A stretch of 63,945 bases of DNA, filler included, from Olpidium bornovanus S191 (GCA_017911155.1; 26 parts of 26 records of this genome joined end to end with filler, not necessarily neighbours in it); one strand, 5' to 3'; counted from the first letter of the whole stretch, positions 1 to 12,422 are shown. Numbers and translations are program-made. The notes: generated from the sequence alone by a model not told the origin.

Positions 1-567
1 CAGCTGGCATCTTGTCGCTTGACATATACTTGATGTTGATGACTCGCTTATCGAGAAGATCCCGAATGAAGTGATGCTTTATGGCTATAGGTCTGGTTCG
101 CGCGTGGTGAACTGGATCATGTGCCAATGCGATGGCTCCAGTGTTGTCGTTCCACAGCGAAGTCGGCAATTCGATTTGATATCCCAATTCTTGCAGAAAA
201 CTCCTCAGCCATAGGGCTTCCTTCGCTCCTTCCGTCAGAGCCTGGTATTCTGCTTCAGTGGTCGACAGTTTTGCCGTTTTAAGGCAAATGAGACAGTGAG
301 ATGACAGACAAAATCAAACTGATGATAGACAGAGTCTTTTCGCCCTGTGCCACTTAGTTTTGAATGAGAGAATCCTTTTCCTTTTATTTTTAACTCCCCC
401 GCCCCGCCCCCGCGTGCCCGGGGTCCCGTTGGATTGCTCGCCGTCTTGCTTGCCAGTTTCTTCCGGCGGCCTGGGCGCTGCTTGCTCCTGCTCCGGCCTT
501 TTTTTTCCCGCCCTGTCCTACGTCGCGCTGCCGACCGCCCGCCTCTGGTCGCTTTTTGGGCCACACC

Positions 568-599
<32 letters not shown>

Positions 600-650
600 A
601 AAAAAGAAAGAACCGACAGCAAAATCGGCGGGTGCCGCAGGACGGCGTCA

Positions 651-3230
651 ATGGAGGGAGACTCGAGCGCTGCCGTGCAACTCGTCGCGACCTGGCAGAC
701 GGTTCTCACCGCCCTCGCCTTCACGGCCTCTCTTTTCTGCACCGTGCGTCCCGTGTACTTGCTGCCAGCGGCATTCCGGGGCGACGCCGCCGCCGGCACC
801 GGCCGCCCCACCCCAAGGTCACGGCGCCATGAGATTTTTGCACGCGCCGCTCGATCGGTGCACAATGCACGCCTTGACCTGTCGACTGCTCCACCACTAG
901 CAGTGCTGCTCCTCCTCGCGACCACCGTCGTCACGCCGGCTGATGTTTTACGAGGCGTGCTTGGGTCCGACGGCATACGGCCTCTCGACGTCCTCGTCCT
1001 AATTTTCGCTTTTTCGTACATGTCTATTTCCGTGGACTTGACCGGCCTGTACGCCCACGTGGCCCTCAAAGTCGTGAATTCTTCCAGAGGCCGCAGTGGG
1101 AGGCTCCTCTTCGGAGTCGCGGCTTTCAGCTGGGCTCTTGGCGTTGTCAGCGGGAACGATGTCGTCGTGCTCGTTATGACGCCGATTTGCGTATACTTTT
1201 CGCGCAGGTGTTTTTTTTTGCAGCGAAGTGTACTTGGCGCCCGTGGTAAACGTTTTCCACGGTCTGACCGATTCTGCTGAGTTCGGCCCCTTTAGCATCG
1301 AGGCGGACCCGCTGCCTTATCTTATTGCCGAGTTCTTCGCCGCAAACAACTCTTCGATGGTCCTGGTCATTGGTATGTACTGTTCTCAAATGAAAGGCAG
1401 CTACCGTTGCTGGAGATCTTGCTGACGCTGCTTTCAATTCACGTGGTCCAGGCAACCTGTAAGCCGCCGGCCTTTTTCAAACAATTGTCAGCCGCCGCGG
1501 TTTCTCACCTCGCCAACCGTTCCCTTTCAGCACGAACATCATCGTTGCGGTATCAAACAACCTGAACTTCCTGGCCTACACGGCGTTTTTGTGAGTAACG
1601 TCCTCTGCTGTAATCTGAACCATCGGCGGTGCTGTGGGCTCACCGGATACGTCGGCAAACGTGTGTAACTGTCCGCAGCATCGGGCCGGCAGTTGTTGCC
1701 TCCATTACGACATACGCGACGATCCGGTTATTTTTTGCTTCGCGCCTATCAAGGAACTGTTTGCCGTGCGATGCGTCTGAGAAAGTGAATCTGCCGTACC
1801 CGCGCCGAGCGTTCTACAAGTGTTGCACGCTGCTCGCCTGCGTCGTCGTCTTGACGGTTGTGAACGTTGCCAGCCACGGATCCGCCGAGATATGGATGGT
1901 CGCCGTTCCGTTTGCGACCGCGCTCTTTTTCGCGGACCTAGTGACAGACGTGGTCAGCGGGAGAGGTGGCCGGGATCCCGCCGCGCGGTCGGAAATAGCT
2001 GCGGAGCACGAAGGCGGTGCCGGATCAGCGGAGTCCGCGCCCGCTGTTACGTCCCGTGAGATCGCTCTCGAAATAATGGAAAACGCCGAGAAAATTGTCG
2101 CCGAGCCAGCGGACTCATCGGCGACTGCGCCGGTTTCCGATGCGACTTATTCCGGCGTCACCGAAACCGCGCCACCTGACGGGGTCCGACAGCACGCTGG
2201 CCCGGAGTGTATATCCCGGGCATCGTCCTCCGCCGCCGAGTTCCTGCCGCAGCAGCGCCCTCCGCCTTCTTCGCCCACTATCGCCAGCGCAAGAAAATCA
2301 CCCTCATCGGCGTCTTTCGGGGTCGCGGATGCCGGATCGAGGTTTCCGACCATCGGAGCCGTGCTGAGCAGAATGCCTTGGTCGTTGGCGCCGTTTGCGC
2401 TCTCCATGTCTGTGATTGTGGAGGCCGTGCACATCCAAGGTTGGACCTCCGCGTTAGCGAGACTTCTTGCTCCCGCTTGTTTCAGCGTCTGGAGCTCTGT
2501 GTTCGTGATGGGAACGATAACGGTGCTCGGCTGTCAGGTAAGGCGCTGCGCGACGCATTGGGGACGGCCGACCAGCCGTGGGGGTGGGCGCAGCCAGCTT
2601 TACTTTACCACGGCTATTCTCATGCCCCCTTTTTCCATGTCGTCACAATACCGCGGAATTTTTTGATCCTGCAAGCTCGCCAACAACCTACCAGGTTCGT
2701 AGGTAAACCCCTCTTTCCGCCTTTGTATGTTCGCTAAAATTCAAATGGCGGCGAAAACCTTTTACACGCGTATCTGAAAAGAAAATACCCGGCGCGCTCT
2801 TCTTCTCCCAAAAGCGACGATCTTCCTAACGCGAGTTGTGAAGTCGGCGGCTTTCTCCGTGCCGCCGCCGGCGAAACGGGCGGCTCTGCTCGCCCTCATC
2901 TACGGCAGCAACGTCGGGGCGAACATGATGGTCCACGCTAGCTTAGCGGGCCTGATGTGCGTGGTTGGCTCCTCTCACTTTAAGAGCGAAAGTGCCGTTT
3001 TTTTCTTTTTATGGATTTTCTGGTGTTGTTTTAACCCCGAAGACCAATCCTTTTTTTTTGTTCCGCCACGCAGGTGGATTGACATCCTCCGCCAGAAAAA
3101 TTACCGGATGTCGAATTGGACCTTTGCGAAATGGAACACGGCCATCCTCCCCGCGGCGCTGTTCCCGGGCCTCGCGGCGGTGGCTTTCCAGCTGACGTTT
3201 GACGGATTTGGCCAACTATTGGAATCGTGA
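651..3230 (+). CDS. ArsB/NhaD (ion-transporter superfamily) membrane permease, complete 8-exon model, 625 aa
   Basis: Exons 651-1207, 1296-1372, 1452-1458, 1531-1590, 1679-2537, 2676-2694, 2815-2956, 3074-3230 join in phase with GT-AG introns. Motifs GNDVVVLVMTP, IGNLTNIIVA, NNLPAT and GSNVGAN...ASLAGLMW, plus many hydrophobic helices. Confidence 0.85.
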
Positions 3231-3248
3231 AATTGCATACTGAAACCT

Positions 3249-3300
3249 CCCCCCCCCCCCCCCCCCCCCCCACCCCCCCCCCCCCCCCCCCCCCCCCCCC
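3249..3300. repeat. About 50-nt poly-C/poly-G tract
   Basis: C run interrupted by a single A, just 3' of the permease stop codon. Confidence 0.9.
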
Positions 3301-4531
3301 GCCGCTTTTTGTCACCGGTGGTGATGGTGGGTGATAAAAAAAACGCGGAAATAGAAACTGGTTTTTGTTTTGTGTTTTTTATTTTTTTTTTGTTTCACGC
3401 GCTCCATTATTTTTGCTTATGCGCACGCATCTCGTTCCGTCAAACTGACGGAACGGTACTCGCCGAGGACGGTCGCTGTTTTCCAGATCCTTTTTATTTC
3501 GGCAGTAATAAACTTTAACGGCTTCAGGAAGCCCGTGGCTGTTCTGTGGGTGTTCCCTGTAATGGTGATTGCTGTTTTCAACTGTCACGGATGACGTGGT
3601 CCAATCTCAATCGGTTCTCTTAATTTTGTTTGTTCGGTCGTCATTCCTCGCCGGTATTTTCGCTGGGGCGTCTTTTGCTAATCGTCTCGATAAGTTTGCG
3701 CTCACGCGGAATTGGCGCGGCAAGTGCTCTATTTTTTTTTCTCTTTTTTTTGTATCTTCAGATGCACCTGACATAACGCGTACTATTTATATCTCAGGTA
3801 CCCTTGGCATATCCTCATCTGCGGTATCCCTCCCGTCGTCGTTGACCTGTGGAAGAGCTGACCTGCGCAAAGCAACAAACAGTTTATTTTCCGACACAAT
3901 AGCGGGGCCGCACAGCCATTTTCCGTTCCGGGGAAGTGAAGTGACGCGGACGGGCGGGCGGTGCGGGCGGGCAGGGGGGAGGATCGTGTCGCCGGGATCG
4001 ATGTTGTGTTGGTTGTCGCGGTTGGATTGGTTGCCCTGGCAACGTCGCGACCTTTTCGTAAACCCGGAGCAGCAACAGGGAAAAATCGCTGGCTACGCGC
4101 GCCGGTTCCCCCTCCCATTCAGACACACACACACACCCACTAAACGTCAACTTTTTTCACCCGTTGAAGACGCGCAAGCAAAACCTGGTACCCTGCCTCC
4201 TCGCTTCCCCCGCCCACCCCTTATGCCAGAAAAAAAAGAGAACACGGGGCGCTCGTAGTTTTTCAAGCAAACCTCAAACGCCGGCCCAGAGACCAGATTT
4301 GTCCGAAAATTCCTCTTGTCTGCCTGTGCGCGTGAGGGCTCATTCACAGACCACCCCGGACCGCCGCTTCCGTCCTTGCCCACCCTCCCCAGTTCCGCCA
4401 CACTCACCCCAATCCACCTATCGAAAAGGCCGTGTCGCCCAGCCCTTCCCGCCGTCGTCCGATCATCCCCCCTCCTCTCCCCCGCTGCCAGCTAAGTTCA
4501 GCCCCGACAGCGCGCGCTTGCGAGAGTCATG

Positions 4532-4631
4532 NNNNNNNNNNNNNNNNNNNNNNNNNNNNNNNNNNNNNNNNNNNNTTAATTAATTAANNNNNNNNNNNNN
4601 NNNNNNNNNNNNNNNNNNNNNNNNNNNNNNN
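4532..4631. other. Artificial contig-joining spacer (first of 25)
   Basis: 44 N + TTAATTAATTAA + 44 N. The same 100-nt spacer starts at 4532, 7153, 8534, 9934, 11948, 14079, 17085, 18772, 21147, 23507, 24942, 27747, 29260, 38224, 39578, 40725, 43303, 44893, 46002, 50176, 51476, 53404, 55609, 57465 and 62570. Confidence 0.98.
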
Positions 4632-5505
4632 CATGGTCCTCACCAGGCTCTTGGAGCGCTCCTCCGCCAGCGTAACGTCGGATATGATCGCAATCGCCAG
4701 CTGCACGTTGCCCTCGCTGAGTCCGCCGACGATCCTTGACAACACGAATACAACGAAGCTACTTGCGTACATCCACAACAGAGCGGACACGATGTTTCCT
4801 GCCTATCAGGCGCAAGATTCGCAACGTTTATTCCAAGGCTGGAACCTCCGCCGCAAAAGACGTATTCACGTTGCTTTTCGCGGCCAGACGATCACGAGAT
4901 GTCGGCATTTTCCTTACCATAGTCACCAGGAGGATGGTTCGTCGCCCGTTGCTGTCGGACAGCCGGCCAATAATGGGCGACGACAGAAACTGGAGGAAGG
5001 AGAACAGCGAACCCAACACTCCTCCAAGGAGGACTGTCCCAAGTTTCGGGTGGTTTGCCCCCGCGCTGTGGAGCAGCTTCTCGACGACGGCGAGCTGGTG
5101 GAGGCTGCGACCAAGGAACGTCGTCTGGATACGTTTATTCACCCCGTTTAAGCAGACGATGTGGAGGAGGAGGAGGATCGTCTCAGCCTGCACTCCGAGA
5201 ACGGCTTGCGAGAACAGCAAAAGGCAGCAGCTTCGGAAAATAGAACCTTTTGCGGCCCCCTCAAATAGTACCTGGTTTCCTCCCTCCTTCTGCCGGTAGT
5301 ACTCGAGCAAGCGCGGGAAGAGCGGCAGAATAATGGTGAAGGCCAGCAGATCCAGCACCAGGGAGATGAACATAACGCGTAGAACCCGTCTCGCCCTGTC
5401 CGCAACTGCCGGTACCGCCGCAGATGAGGCCGACTTCGCCCCCGCGGGCGGCGGCGGGGTCGCCGAGGGCCGGCCGCCGGCCGTGCGGACGACCTCTGCA
5501 GGCAT
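4632..5505 (-). CDS. MFSD10: MFS transporter, MFSD10/TetA-like, 5' part (cut by contig end)
   Basis: ATG at 5505. MFISLVLDLLAFTIILPLFP, VLLGGVLGSLFSFLQFLSSPIIGRLSDSNGRR (MFS motif A) and RIVGGLSEGNVQLAIAIISDVT, split by GT-AG introns. Confidence 0.88.
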
Positions 5506-8026
5506 GGTGTCCCCTGCCGCTCGCCCCCGCCGGGCAACAGCAGGCAGCGCGGGAGACGAGGCCGTGATTCTCTTTGGGAGGTGCGCGAACGGGACGACGC
5601 CGGCCCGGTGAATCACAGCGGTCTCTCTCCTCGCGCGCGTGGGATAGGTCGCTTGCCCGCGAAGTTTCTGGCGCCCCGATCCGCGAATTTTTCTGGCGCG
5701 CCTATCTGTCCATCGGCGGGATCGCCGTCGCCCTTGACGACGGCCGGCCCGTTGCGGGGCCTGTTCGGGGCGGGGCGGGGGCGGCGGAATTGGGCTGCCA
5801 ACTCGGCCTCCTCGTCGCGGGCTGGCTGTTCTTCTGCGCGCGAGGAGGAAAAAAAAAAAAAAAATCCGCCCCGCCGGAAACCGGTGCGAGAAGCGCGAAC
5901 CTCTCCCCCCCCCCCCCCCCCCCCGCTTGCCCGAAAGCCGAAGGCCGCGCCAGGAAGCACGAGGGGAAAAAAAAAACGCCACGGCGTGAGCTGCGGCTAC
6001 ACCTCCGTCGGCAACACCCTGGAGAATCGGGGCATCACTCTCGCATAACTCAGCGACCGCCCAACCATTTTGAACTACTTTTTGCCCGATTTTTGCGGAC
6101 CGCAGGACGCCCTCTCCCAGCTCTTCCTGCTCCGCCTCTCGCCCGCCCTGCCGATTATGCGCTCTCCGCGTTCGCTCACACCGGGCTCCACCTTGTCACC
6201 TCGCTTCGCCCTGTCACCTCGCCCTCACATCGCTTGACCCGTGGCACTACGATCTACACCGTGTCACCACGCACCACACAAAGTCATTATTCCCACCGCG
6301 AAGCAGGATGGAATATTAGTTCGGCTACTGCTCATACTCGGCATTGAGATATACATCAGATTTGCGCTACATTATGCATTACAATCTGCATCGAAATTAG
6401 GGCCGAAATCCGGGTCAAAACCGTGGTCGGATGGGATTCTTCATTAACTGCTCTCGATATGCGCTTTATGCGCTTACGGCCCTATTTCCACGTTTTTCCC
6501 TTCCTCTACCAGTAAGCTGATTCGTCACGAATTCTGCCATCCAAACACTTGACTATCTATCGACCGGAGTGTCCGACATCTGGTCGCGGTGTTTGGCGCC
6601 ACATCTGCAACGCATCCTATATTTGGCTGCTGTTCTATCTGATTGATTCTTATCGTACACCTTACCAAGCTTGAAAGCGTTTGACGCCAAAAGCAGCCCT
6701 TTTTGCACGCGTTCGGCAATATGGGATCCAGAAGGCGTTGGGTTCTTGATCAAGAGATCAGATGAGGTGCGGGAACGTTTCATTTTGGTGTGCGGCCCGA
6801 TCAGGATGCATCGAAACAGAACGTCAGGTCAACCCGAGATTACGAAACGGTTGGGCGCCGCAAGAAAAAACCAAATTGTCCACGGGAGGTCAAAGCAAAC
6901 GGAAGCAACGGCGTTGTCACGGCCTGAGCCGTCCAACGCCCTTCCCTGCGAACTGCCAAACCTCTCCGTAGCCAAGGGCCGCGTCACGTGACGTCATAGT
7001 TCGCCAAGATAAGCGGTCGCAATCAGTGCGCGTCAGTGTCAGAAAATGATTTTGCATTCGATACAGTCTGTCCATCCGGCATTGCAAAGGTGAAGCACCT
7101 GCGTTTTGAGTGTTGCGTTCTCCACCTCAATTAGAAAGGCGGGAGGAGGAGGNNNNNNNNNNNNNNNNNNNNNNNNNNNNNNNNNNNNNNNNNNNNTTAA
7201 TTAATTAANNNNNNNNNNNNNNNNNNNNNNNNNNNNNNNNNNNNNNNNNNNNGCATGATTGATTGTTCGAATCCTCTTTGTTTATGCCACTACCTTCGTA
7301 GAAATGAAATTCTAGCAGTACCCCGCTACTTATTAAAAAAATAATGGGTGTCACAGCATTAATGATTACTACCTAAATTACAAGTTTAGCGCCATTGAAT
7401 CTAACTCGGATGGTGTTGTAATGAAATTTATATGCCTTCCAGGGATAATCAAAAAAGAATTTTACTCATATCATATATAACCTCCAACTTCATCTGTAAG
7501 TATTCTGCCTGTTAAATCGATTATAACTGTACATTTACGTGATTCTACTTTAATGTAAGATTACCGCCAATTATCAACGTTGTTATGCAGTTACCATCAT
7601 CAAAAGTGTGAATTTCGTTTGGTTTACTTTCCTTAGGTGGGAGAAGGTGTGGAATTTTGCAGATACTGCGTAAGTATGAGCCGGGAGCAACGAAATGCGA
7701 CAAGCCCACTCGATCGAATACTGAGAAAAGAAAGAAAGGAGGAAAAAAAACGAGGAGAACATCAAGCGATTTCTTTTTTTTTTGTTTTTTTTTTTTTTTT
7801 TTTTTTTTTTTCGCGCGAAGTTCGCGAGGGCTCTTCCCTTTTTTTATGTGCCAAATTTGCGGGATTTGCTGGAATCCGGGGATTTTTTTTTTTCTTTTTA
7901 TTTTTTTTTGTTTTTTTTTTTTTTTTTTTTCCCGGGGTCAAAAGGGGGTTTTCGGTTTTTTTTTTTTTTTTTTTCTTTTTTTCCCTTTTTTTTTTTGCCA
8001 ATTTTGGGGGTTTTTTTGGAATCCGG

Positions 8027-8077
<51 letters not shown>

Positions 8078-8300
8078 CGCAGGGTCAAAGAGGGGTTCTC
8101 GGTTATTCTTTTTTTTTTCTTCATTTTTTCGCTTTTTTTTTTTTTTTTTTTTTGAGAATTCGCGGGGTGTAAAAATTTTTCATTTGTTTTTCTTTTTCTG
8201 TTTTTCTGCAACACAAGTCGAAGTCGGTTGGCACACCCCTCGTCGTTGCGCCTAGTGGGGACGGCGCCAGTGGGGAGTTTGCACGAAGTTTTCGCAATAA

Positions 8301-8339
<39 letters not shown>

Positions 8340-8431
8340 AGGGACGCGACCTCCTGCCAAGAGTTGCAGGGCCGGCGCTAGAATAAAAAAAAAACCTTTG
8401 TCCCCGGGCTTGCATGCACTTTGGCATTGTT

Positions 8432-8533
8432 AGTGACATCTATTTCCGTGATGTTTATGGCAAAGTGAGTGGCATCTATTCTTGTGATGTTTATGGCAAA
8501 GTGAGTGACATTTATTCCCGTGGTGTTTACGGC
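8432..8533. repeat. 36-bp tandem repeat, about 2.8 copies, cut by contig end
   Basis: Units start at 8432, 8468 and 8504. Consensus AGTGACATCTATTYCCGTGATGTTTATGGCAAAGTG. Confidence 0.9.
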
Positions 8534-8633
8534 NNNNNNNNNNNNNNNNNNNNNNNNNNNNNNNNNNNNNNNNNNNNTTAATTAATTAANNNNNNNNNNN
8601 NNNNNNNNNNNNNNNNNNNNNNNNNNNNNNNNN

Positions 8634-9933
8634 CATGAGCATCTCGCAAAGCTCGTCCTTCATTAATCGCTCTCTGCCCAGTTTTGACGTACGCAAATGG
8701 CTTTTAACAGCCCAGATCCAAGCGGAGACTATTGCGTTCGCGGTTTCCTTACCCGGCACCAGGCTGACGCCTAATGCCGCCGAGTTGCCACGCTCGCGCG
8801 CCCAGCAACCTTCGGCGAACAGCGTGACCGCCCGGACAAACCAGTGATACTCGTCGGCCGATGAGATCTTAGTGTAAATGCGGTCGCTGAGGAGGATGGA
8901 TGCGGAGGGCGCGGAAGGCGCCGAAAGCGATGAAGTCGATGCGGTCTTGGATCCCAACTTCGTCGAAGACAAAGTCGGCTTAGGTGTGGACGAAAGAGCC
9001 TGAAGCAACTTCTTTGAGGAAACAAAAGCGGCTGAGCAGAAGCGGCGTATGAAGGGATCAGCGAAGCAGACTTGGAGGTGACACGGGTGAGGACGATGCC
9101 CTTTTCGACTGACGAACACTTACCGACGCCGTCGACCTCGAACGATACCTGCTGAAGTACTGCGACAGCAACGAACCCCTCGACGGCTACGCCCACTGAG
9201 CTACCCGCAGCTGCAGTCCCGCTGGGGTAATCTTTACCGCCAGCAATTACTTTGGCAAGTAGCTCAATTAGTTTGCCGACTATCTCCAGGATGGGCATCC
9301 CGTCAATACTGTTATTGACTCGGCTGACGCCGGGCGATTCCACGGGGTCCTTCGCGCCATGTCCGCCATCCGACTTTTTGCCAGAGCCGGGTCGCCCGCC
9401 CTTCACCCCACCCTTCGGAAGGACGGAACCGGCTGCATGCGCCATAGACGGCGAGGCGCCGGAAACTACCGAAAAACTTCCTTCCAACCTGTCAGCTACC
9501 TGCTTAAAATCCGACTGCTGTAATAGCCTTCTGATTGCGGCACGGAGAAAGCTAGCGCCCTGTTTCGTCCACGTCCACGCGCGATCCTCCAGCAACAGCT
9601 TTCCGACACCAAAGACCCAAGCCTTCCGAACCGCTGGCTTGCAGGCGATGCCCGTTGCATTTATATTTGCCGTGAGATTTTTGAGGAAAACTTGTGCGAT
9701 GCGTGCTACAGCCTGGTCGACGTTGCCATACACCCCGAAAGATGCAGAAATTTCATCACTTCCGTCCGTCGATTCAGCAGGATTAGTGGGCGACGCGGCA
9801 GAAGCGTCGCCGAACGTGTATGATATTGTCACTGGGACCTCAGGTGGGAATGAAGCGAGAACTGCAGCCATCGACGCTAAAGCATCCACCAAAGTCGCCA
9901 ACGCTGTGTCGTTGACCTCCTTGTTGATCATGG
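8634..9933 (-). CDS. Internal fragment of an unassigned, largely alpha-helical (possibly HEAT/ARM-like) protein
   Basis: Two coding-like frames (9931 to about 9125, and about 9080 to 8634) separated by a GTAAGT donor. Both ends run off the contig. No family recognised. Confidence 0.55.
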
Positions 9934-10033
9934 NNNNNNNNNNNNNNNNNNNNNNNNNNNNNNNNNNNNNNNNNNNNTTAATTAATTAANNNNNNNNNNN
10001 NNNNNNNNNNNNNNNNNNNNNNNNNNNNNNNNN

Positions 10034-11060
10034 GGCCATGATGGCCGACGCCACGGCGCTTAGCCCGCTGGACGACGGCGCCGGGTGCGAGGAGCAGGAA
10101 GACGAGGACGGGAGCCAAAGCACGGCCGCCGCCCCCCCTCGGGTGCCCGGACTCAGGGCGGTGGTAGAGCAGATCGACGGCACCCGCGACCTGGAGCGGT
10201 ACGTCCTCGCTGCCGGCTCTACGGCGGCTGCCTCCGCCGCCGCCGCCGCCCAGGGGCGGGGTGCGATGCTGCGGAAGGCGGACGTCCTTTCGCACGAGTA
10301 CGGCACTCCGGCGCGCGGCGGCGGCGGCGCGGCGTCGCTTCCGCGACCAATTTTCGGGGTCGATCTGGCCGAGCAGCTGCAGCGGGACGAGCGGGAGGGG
10401 CCGCCAATTCTGGTGAAATGCGCCAGGGCGATCGAGGCGCACGCCATCCGCACTCAGGGTCTGTACCGCATCTCGGGCTCGAGCGCCGAGGTGCAGGCCC
10501 TGCGCGCGCTGTTCGACCGGAATTACGACCACGTGGAGCTCACCCGCCCGGCGAGCGGCGGGAGCTCCACGGCGAGCGCGGCAGCGGAGACGGAGGCCGG
10601 GGCCGGGGCCGTGGCCGGGGCCGGGCCCGGGGATCTCGTCGACGGCACCGCCGGCGGTGCCGGCCTGCTGTGCAACCCGCACAGCATCGCGGGGGTGCTG
10701 AAGCTCTACTTCCGCGAGCTCCCGGACCCGCTGCTGACGTCGGCGGCGTACGCGGGGTTCGTGGACGCGGCGCGGATCGCCGACGGCGCCGCGCGGGTCG
10801 TGGCCATGCACGACCGCGTCAACGCTCTGCCCGACGCCAACTACGCCACCCTGCGCTGCCTCATGCGCCACCTCCACGCCGTCCAGGCCCACCAGCGCCA
10901 CAACAGGATGGGCGTCTCCAACCTCGGCATCATTTTCGGCCCCACCCTCATGGGCTCCCCGCCCGCCGCCGCGGACCTGCTCAACGACATGACCCACCAG
11001 TGCAGGGTCGTTGAGACGATCCTGGAGAACTACAGGCTCATTTTCGAGCCGGACGAGTAA
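10034..11060 (+). CDS. RGD1: RhoGAP protein, C-terminal part, Rgd1-like
   Basis: IFGVDL, GLYRISG (arginine finger), GVLKLYFRELPDPLL and NRMGVSNLGIIFGPTL. Upstream EQIDGTRDLERYV resembles the end of the Rgd1 F-BAR region, so the orthology call is less certain than the domain call. Confidence 0.88.
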
Positions 11061-11391
11061 AACGAAGTGGAGGTTGGGCGGCGGCATGTGTGTGTGGGTA
11101 TGGGGGAAGTGAAAGAGTGAGAATTTTTTTTTTTTTTTTTTTTTTTCCCGGGGGCAACTCACCTGTAATCGGTTTCCTTTTTTTATTTATTTCTTTTGTT
11201 TATTTCTTTTGTTTATTTTTCTTATTATTTTTGGCCTGGTTTGATAATTTGAACTGCTACTACCCCTCGTTCTTCCCCATCCCTACTTCCCTCGCTTGGG
11301 GGGGAAACGTTTTGTTTCCGTTTTTTTTCTTAGCTCTACCGGGCTGGGGGTGGGGAGGAGCCTGGTAAAAGATTTTATAGGTCGCTTGATC

Positions 11392-11392
<1 letters not shown>

Positions 11393-11454
<62 letters not shown>
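11393..11454. repeat. (AG)n microsatellite
   Basis: About 30 AG units. Confidence 0.95.
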
Positions 11455-11458
<4 letters not shown>

Positions 11459-12047
11459 TTTGAAATATACCCACAGGAAAGTTCATCTTATGTGTTGTTT
11501 TGTTGCCTCTTCGCCCGCAAAAGCAAAAGACCCCCCCCCCCTTTTTTTTTTCGCCTTTTTCGTGGGACGTCACCCGGTCCACCCAACCCGGCAAAAAGCG
11601 GGGCGACTAAGACCGGGGATGAGGTGGCGTGTCGCAATTACGACAAACCATTGTGGAAGGGCGGGATGACAAACGTGCCCAGGTGTGAAACTGAGCCCGT
11701 CCGTCCCCCTTTTGCTCCCCTCCCATCCTTCCTTCCACCAACAAAAAAACTGAAGCCGCCGCTACTTCTCCACTTTCTTCTCCGGATCGACTGTACTTTA
11801 CAACGGGAAAAGGTTTTTGCAGAAATCATGCGGACGCGCAAGTCTACGAGAAGAGGGCGCGCGGAGAGGGTGCCGAGGGGCCGGGTAAGAGGCATCGTGG
11901 GGACACCTGGATGGCGCCGGCCCCTCGCGAGGCTGCCGCTCGACCGANNNNNNNNNNNNNNNNNNNNNNNNNNNNNNNNNNNNNNNNNNNNTTAATTAAT
12001 TAANNNNNNNNNNNNNNNNNNNNNNNNNNNNNNNNNNNNNNNNNNNN

Positions 12048-12422
12048 CATGGAGCAGGGCACAACCGGCACAAACGAGACCAAGGGAAATGAGCGACTCA
12101 ACTCGCCAAAGAAGACTTTCAATTGCTATAATTGTGGGAAATTGAGACATATGGCTATGGCGCGACACTGATGATCGTCGAAGAAACAGGAAAACCAGGA
12201 GAAACAAGTCAAAAATGCCGAGCCAAGGAAGAATCGACCCAAAAGATTACGCTACAAATTGCTTGCGCCGCAGGGGATAACGGAAGTGTTGCGCGTTACC
12301 GCAACGGCGCCATCGCCCTTGACAGCGGAGCAACGCGGCACATGATCCCTGATGAAACCTGGTTCACCGAGTCGCGCCTGGTGGGGACGCTTCGCATGGA
12401 TCGGATCTGTGGAAATCGTTAG
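12048..12422 (+). mobile_element. Ty1/copia remnant: degenerate zinc knuckle and protease
   Basis: FNCYNCGKLRHMA...H* (broken CX2CX4HX4C) at 12118-12171 and IALDSGATRHMIPDETWF (copia protease active-site motif) at about 12310-12365. Contains stops and frameshifts. Confidence 0.82.

Noticed and set aside
4576-4587. TTAATTAATTAA as a biological repeat or binding site
   Set aside because: Always centred in exactly 44+44 N. It is a six-frame stop linker added when contigs were joined.
651-5505. ArsB-like permease next to an MFS pump as a resistance island
   Set aside because: They are on different contigs separated by a spacer. Adjacency across spacers is not evidence of linkage.
7262-7275. GTTCGAATCC, a tRNA T-loop-like motif
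   Set aside because: No T-stem or acceptor stem can be built, and the contig starts 12 nt upstream.
7637-8360. Poly-Phe/poly-Lys ORFs and three increasingly T-rich copies of a roughly 130-bp unit
   Set aside because: These are translations of poly-T. The degrading copies look like low-quality reads after homopolymers.
8432-8533. 36-bp repeat as a CRISPR array
   Set aside because: Units are contiguous with no spacers, the context is eukaryotic, and no cas genes are present.
9371-9400. GRPGSGKK as a Walker A motif
   Set aside because: It lacks the S/T after GK, lies in a low-complexity Gly-rich linker, and has no preceding beta-strand or Walker B.
9978-11162. Long antisense or alternate-frame ORFs (also 29713-30942, 32236-33597, 40769-42007, 57908-59980)
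   Set aside because: Shadow ORFs of GC-rich genes: Arg/Gly/Pro-rich, no domains, often starting in N runs or at non-ATG codons.
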